A stretch of DNA of 64,000 bases from an uncultured Bacteroidales bacterium (GTDB lineage: Bacteria > Bacteroidota > Bacteroidia > Bacteroidales > GCA-2748055), in contig CAVQAB010000011.1 in NCBI GenBank assembly GCA_963710385.1, positions 65,382 through 129,381 on the forward strand. The letters run 5' to 3'. Below the pieces are notes generated by a model. It had not been told where the DNA came from. It saw only the letters and a list, made by a program, of their open reading frames with translations, and did not search any database. Positions 59,886 to 64,000 of the stretch are shown here, in pieces (position 1 is the first letter of the stretch; every line of letters starts with the position of its first letter). The translations under genes and the position numbers were made by a program.

Positions 59886-61344
59886 ATGGCAACGCTAGTG
59901 AAACTTATTCCGATTTTTACGCTATCAATTCTTATTTCATGCAGTTCTGAAAAAGAGGGGAAGGATACACTTCAGAAACCCAACATCGTCATTATTTTCA
60001 CAGATGACCAGGGTTATGGCGATGTGGGATGTTACGGAGCCACAGGTTATACCACGCCCAATCTTGACAGAATGGCCAGTCATGGAATGCGGTTTACCAA
60101 CTACTATTCTGCACAACCGGTATGCAGCGCCTCCAGGGCGGGACTAATGACAGGTTGTTACCCCAACCGGATCGGAATATCTGGAGCACTTTTTCCACAT
60201 CATGAAAAAGGAATTAATCCGGATGAAATGACCATTGCAGAAATGCTGAAAGCAGAGGGTTATGCTACCGGGATTTTTGGCAAATGGCATTTGGGGCATC
60301 ATCAGAAATTTCTGCCCCTGCAACATGGATTTGATGAATATGTGGGGATTCCATACTCCAACGACATGTGGCCCATAAAAGTGGATGGTACTCCCTTTGA
60401 ACCTGGTGTAGGCCGTGGGGATTATCCACACCTTCCCTTAATTGAAGGAAATGAAACCATCAAGCTGATAAAAACCCTGGAAGGGCAGGATAGCCTGACC
60501 ACACTTTATACTGAAAAGGCAGTTGATTTTATCAAGCGGCACAAGCGAAGAGCCGTTTTTTCTATATGTTCCCCACTCAATGCCACACATTCCACTGGGT
60601 GTTTCTGACAAATTCCGGGGGAAAAGCCAGCAGGGAATGTACGGTGACGTGATGATGGAAATTGACTGGTCGGCGGGACAGATCATGCAGGCGCTGGAGG
60701 AAAATGGAGTGGCTGACAATACAATTATAATTTTTACTACTGACAACGGTCCCTGGCTGAATTATGGCAATCACGCCGGTTCTTCGGGCGGATTACGCGA
60801 AGGCAAAACAACAAGCTGGGAAGGCGGGCAGCGTGTACCTTTTATTATTCGGTGGCCTGAAACCATACCTGCAGGAGTCACCTGTAACAAACTGGCCTGT
60901 GCCATCGATATTTTGCCCACGCTTGCAGAATTAGTTGGAGGTGAACTATCCAGCAATAAGATTGATGGAACAAGTATTGCCCAACTCTGGAAAGGAAATT
61001 TTGATGCCGAACCCCGCAAGGAGATTTTATTTTACTACGGTGATAATAACCTGAACGGTGTCAGGAAGGGCAATTGGAAACTGGTTTTACCGCATACCTG
61101 GCGCTCTTACCATACCGAACCTGGCAGAGATGGATATGGAGGTAAGAGAATTCCCATGACCGTTGAATCGCCCCAGTTGTACAATATGATGCGGGATCCT
61201 GGCGAACAGTACAATGTTATTGAATGGTATCCTCAGAAAGCAGAGGAGTTGATGCAAATTGTAGAAAAGGCACGTCAGGAGCTGGGTGATCTTAACGTGG
61301 GAATCGAAAGAGGAAGTGAAAACAGGGAAATAGGGAGACTATAG
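59886..61344 (+). pseudogene. S1-family sulfatase (arylsulfatase A / GalNAc-6-sulfatase-like); one frame disruption as assembled
   Basis: PNIVIIFTDDQGYGD is present, with the FGly motif VCSASRAGLMTGCYPNR. The frame changes from 0 to 1 at about 60545, giving ...AVDFIKRHK|EEPFFLYVPHSMPHIPLGVSDKFRGKS...FTTDNGPW. Confidence 0.8.
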
Positions 61345-61451
61345 TCACAGCTCTATTTCATAACTCCCCATGATTTATTGGCCCTGAGGTCCCATTTCAA
61401 AAACCAGTTTTCCGCCATTGATAACGCTTCATGTGTGATCCATGGCGTACT

Positions 61452-63597
61452 TTAGGCTTGTTCACCGTTCAGGGTGGCCGATTGAATGTATTTATTCTCA
61501 GCAGAAGCATTGTGTGCTTCAATTTCAAAAGTATGACCATTGCCAAGATCCACCGAAACATGCTCAAACATTGGGCTTCCAATGGTATAGACAGGTTCCC
61601 CGGGGGTAACCGGATAAAATCCCATGGAGGAGAAAACCACAAAGGAGGACATTCCTCCACCATCTTCATCTCCGGGTACTCCCATCAGGTCGTTGCGAAA
61701 CCACTCCTGAAGCAGTTTGCGCAAGCGCTTTTGTGTTTTCCAGGGTTGACCGGCATAATTGTAGAGATAGGGTATATGCAGGGAGGGTTCATTGGCCATG
61801 GAGAACTGTCCCACATTTCCGGTATGATCGGGTAACTGGGCATAAAATGCATACTTGCTACGCCCCAGGGGTTCTGTAAACATGGCATCCAGGTTATCTA
61901 CAAAAGCTTCATTGCCACCCATCAAATCGATCAGGTCCGGAATATTGTGCTGTACATCCCAGCGGTAGACCCAGGCATTGTTCTCCCCATAATATCCCCT
62001 TGCTCCCATTCCTCCTGAAAACTTATAGTCAAATGGCTCAATGAAATTTCCATCTGCATCCTTGGGATGAAAGAATTTTGTCTCCTTATTAAACAGATTC
62101 CTGTAGTTAAAGGAGGCATTCCTGAAATATTCAGCCTCATCAGTTTTTCCCAGCTCCTCTGCGATTTGTGACAAACACCACTGATCGTATGAAGTTCCCA
62201 GTGTCACTGCAACCGGCTGACGGCGCTCAAATGAATGCACCTCAGGAATGGTTTCTTCTTCACCTTCCCGCAGAGCCGGGATATAACCATGTTCTTTGTA
62301 AAACCGGTCCAGTTCTCCGGCAGGCATACCTGACCAGGGAGCCAGTGTTTTTTCGGTAATGGCTCCTTTGGAAGCCTCGTAGGCTTTTTCCAGATCAAAA
62401 TTTCTCAGCCCTTTGCGATAGGCATCGATTACAGAAGCAACCCCGTGATTGGAGTTCATCCGGCGGCTGTCTCCTGTGATTTCAGGAAAAGTTGGCAACC
62501 AGAAATGATCCATCTGTTCGGCCATCAGCACAAAGGAATGCAGATATATCTTCTTCTTTCTCAGGATCAATCAGAATCCGTAAGGGGTGGTGTGCCCGGT
62601 AGGAATCCCAAATCCAGTCATCGGTATAAAAGGGGCGTCCCAGATCATCATGAACAGTTCCATCAAAAGCACTGTAGTACCGGCCATCTTCCGAAATACA
62701 AACCGGACGCTCATAACAGCGGTAGAGTGAGGTATAAAATACAATCTGGTCATCGGCAGTACCACCTTCAATCTTTATTTTTCCAAGTGCTTCATTCCAG
62801 ATATCGCGTCCTGTTGATTGCAGTTCAGCAACTGTTTTTCCAGCCACTTCACGCTCCATATTTTCCCTGGCCTGGTCTTCATCAATAAATGAAATCCCGT
62901 ATTTTACATTCAATGCCTTTGTTCCATGGGGTATTTCAATACCAGACAGGCATTACGACCTTCAGCACTGCTCACATCAGTCAACGCTCCATCTTTCAAC
63001 GCTGCCACCTCTTGTGGTAATTCTTCAGGAACCATATACAAATAGACCCTCGTGTCATTTCCAATCAGCTGGTAACCACTGATGGCTTTTCCATCCCAGT
63101 TCACTTCTCCCCTTCTGGAATTTAATATCAGATATACCGGCTTATCCTGTTCAAATTGTATTTCATAGGCCGCCGACTGATGCGATAATCCGTAATCCAC
63201 CTGAATTTGATAATCATCCAGAAAGACCGAATAGGAATATGGAGTCAGTTTTTCCTGGTCATAACTAAATTCAATGACCGGCTTTAAGTCACTTTCATCT
63301 CCCTGAAAAGGGCTCAGGTTGAAAGCCGAGCTGCCCCGGTGACTGGTGACTACCAAAGGAAGACCATTGATCCTGATCTCGGTGTAATCCCGCCGTTCAG
63401 GATAAACACGCAACAGACTATTGGGCAGGTGAATGGTTGGAAATGTTGGGACCAGCAAATGACTGATATTACCCATGTATGGATTGACAAGGTCCACCGG
63501 CTGCTTTATTTCAGCATTTCTATTTCTGCCGTGGAGCTGAACAGGCCACACAAATCAGAACTGAAAGTCCTATTGTAAATCCTCTGTATCTAGTCAT
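61452..63597 (-). pseudogene. GH92 alpha-mannosidase (copy C); 3 frame disruptions as assembled
   Basis: The ATG at 63597 gives the lipoprotein signal MTRYRGFTIGLSVLICVACS. The pieces are 62910..63551 (VDLVNPYMGN...LPNSLLRVYP), 62482..62913 (NVKYGISFIDEDQA...FYTSLYR) and 61452..62570 (GDEDGGGMSSFVVFSSMGFYPV). The junction at about 62925 looks like a 1-nt deletion in a C-run. The other junctions are +1 shifts. Confidence 0.8.
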
Positions 63598-63642
63598 TGT
63601 TCATGAATTTATTGTTGTGGTGCCAAACTACTTGTTAAAATA

Positions 63643-64000
63643 TCAATCAGTGGAAGAGCCAAAAGTTTCGTTATATAAATTTTCATCTTTGTCAAAGCAT
63701 CCTGCCATGTGAATAATGGCCTGATCATTCTCTATAGTAATGGGAGCATCAGCCAAATAATTTCTCATCCGGCTTCCCCAAATGGATACAGTTAACTTTT
63801 TGTCCCCTCGCACCAGTAAATAATCCCAGGACATATTTTCAGGAACAGTGGTGAGGGCCCCATTCCCGCCTGAAAATGCTTCCACATTGCTCAGAGATGT
63901 ATGCCCCTCCCCTTCGATGATGATGGGATGGATATTTTCCACATTTTCCCCGGTATTGGCAATAATCGAACCCTGTGCGATCTGCCAGTTGCGATTCTTG
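63643..64000 (-). CDS. Hypothetical protein; C-terminal fragment (possibly a right-handed beta-helix / pectin-lyase-fold protein) that runs off the window end
   Basis: The reading frame is open from 64000 down to the stop at 63643 (...KNRNWQIAQGSIIANTGENVENIHPIIIEGEGHTSLSNVEAFSGGNG...). The ORF-track 'M' at 63942 is an internal GTG. Confidence 0.35.
   Translation of the reverse strand, partial: KNRNWQIAQGSIIANTGENVENIHPIIIEGEGHTSLSNVEAFSGGNGALTTVPENMSWDYLLVRGDKKLTVSIWGSRMRNYLADAPITIENDQAIIHMAGCFDKDENLYNETFGSSTD

Noticed and set aside
394-63597. Programmed ribosomal frameshifting or recoding as the explanation for the split genes.
   Set aside because: More than 30 sites occur in unrelated gene families. 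They share no slippery heptamer or downstream structure. Several genes need 5-8 consecutive shifts, and the junctions sit mostly at ordinary short homopolymers. Sequencing error or decay is far more parsimonious.
1-64000. CRISPR arrays, tRNA/rRNA genes, IS elements, integrases and prophage genes.
   Set aside because: I scanned for regularly spaced repeats, tRNA-like T-arm sequences, and transposase or integrase motifs in the ORF track, and recognised none. Only the AbiE cassette shows a mobility-like signature, in its direct repeats.

Overview
This 64-kb window comes from a Bacteroidota chromosome. The evidence is a SusC/SusD pair, a T9SS C-terminal sorting domain and TAnnTTTG -7 promoter boxes. 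It is probably a marine or anaerobic polysaccharide degrader, but that is inference only. I saw no rRNA, tRNA, CRISPR array, transposase or integrase.

Gene content, in order:
- 0.4-4.5 kb: a sulfatase and a GH95 fucosidase.
- 4.5-6.0 kb: an AbiEi/AbiEii (type IV TA / abortive infection) cassette of about 1.4 kb, bracketed by perfect 18-bp direct repeats.
- 6.1-7.2 kb: an S9-type serine hydrolase.
- 7.2-13.5 kb: a translationally coupled four-gene operon, unknown / TonB-dependent receptor / DUF4249 / unknown.
- 13.7-17.0 kb: chorismate mutase, an HMGL-like aldolase and a PL11 rhamnogalacturonan lyase.
- 17.2-20.3 kb: a tightly packed six-gene cluster of unknown function. It encodes DUF134 (HTH plus Zn-ribbon), NifX-like, DUF5320, NifX-like, and two MinD-type ATPases carrying double 4Fe-4S motifs. 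A SAM methyltransferase and a TsaA/TrmO-like gene follow it.
- 21.7-27.3 kb: a CzcA-type RND pump fused in frame to a TolC-like outer membrane factor, plus its adaptor.
- 27.5-31.3 kb: an FG-GAP propeller protein, a DUF1080 protein and a sulfatase.
- 31.4-38.4 kb: a heavily frame-disrupted block (T9SS cargo with a repeated uncharacterised module, a sensor/wHTH regulator, an MFS transporter, a ROK kinase).
- 38.4-43.7 kb: GH88, an orphan non-Pyl MttB-family methyltransferase with an APA-type permease, and a saccharopine-dehydrogenase-family gene.
- 43.7-63.6 kb: a polysaccharide utilization locus (PUL) with three GH92, a metallophosphoesterase, a tandem double sulfatase, a Tat-signal TIM-barrel isomerase, SusC/SusD, an IPT/TIG surface protein and another sulfatase.

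The dominant technical or biological signal is frame disruption. At least 30 frame disruptions affect about 16 genes, and most of those I resolved by eye are +1 shifts at short homopolymers. They are concentrated about 10-fold at 31.4-38.4 kb.

All functional calls rest on motifs read by eye from the translations. No database search was run.
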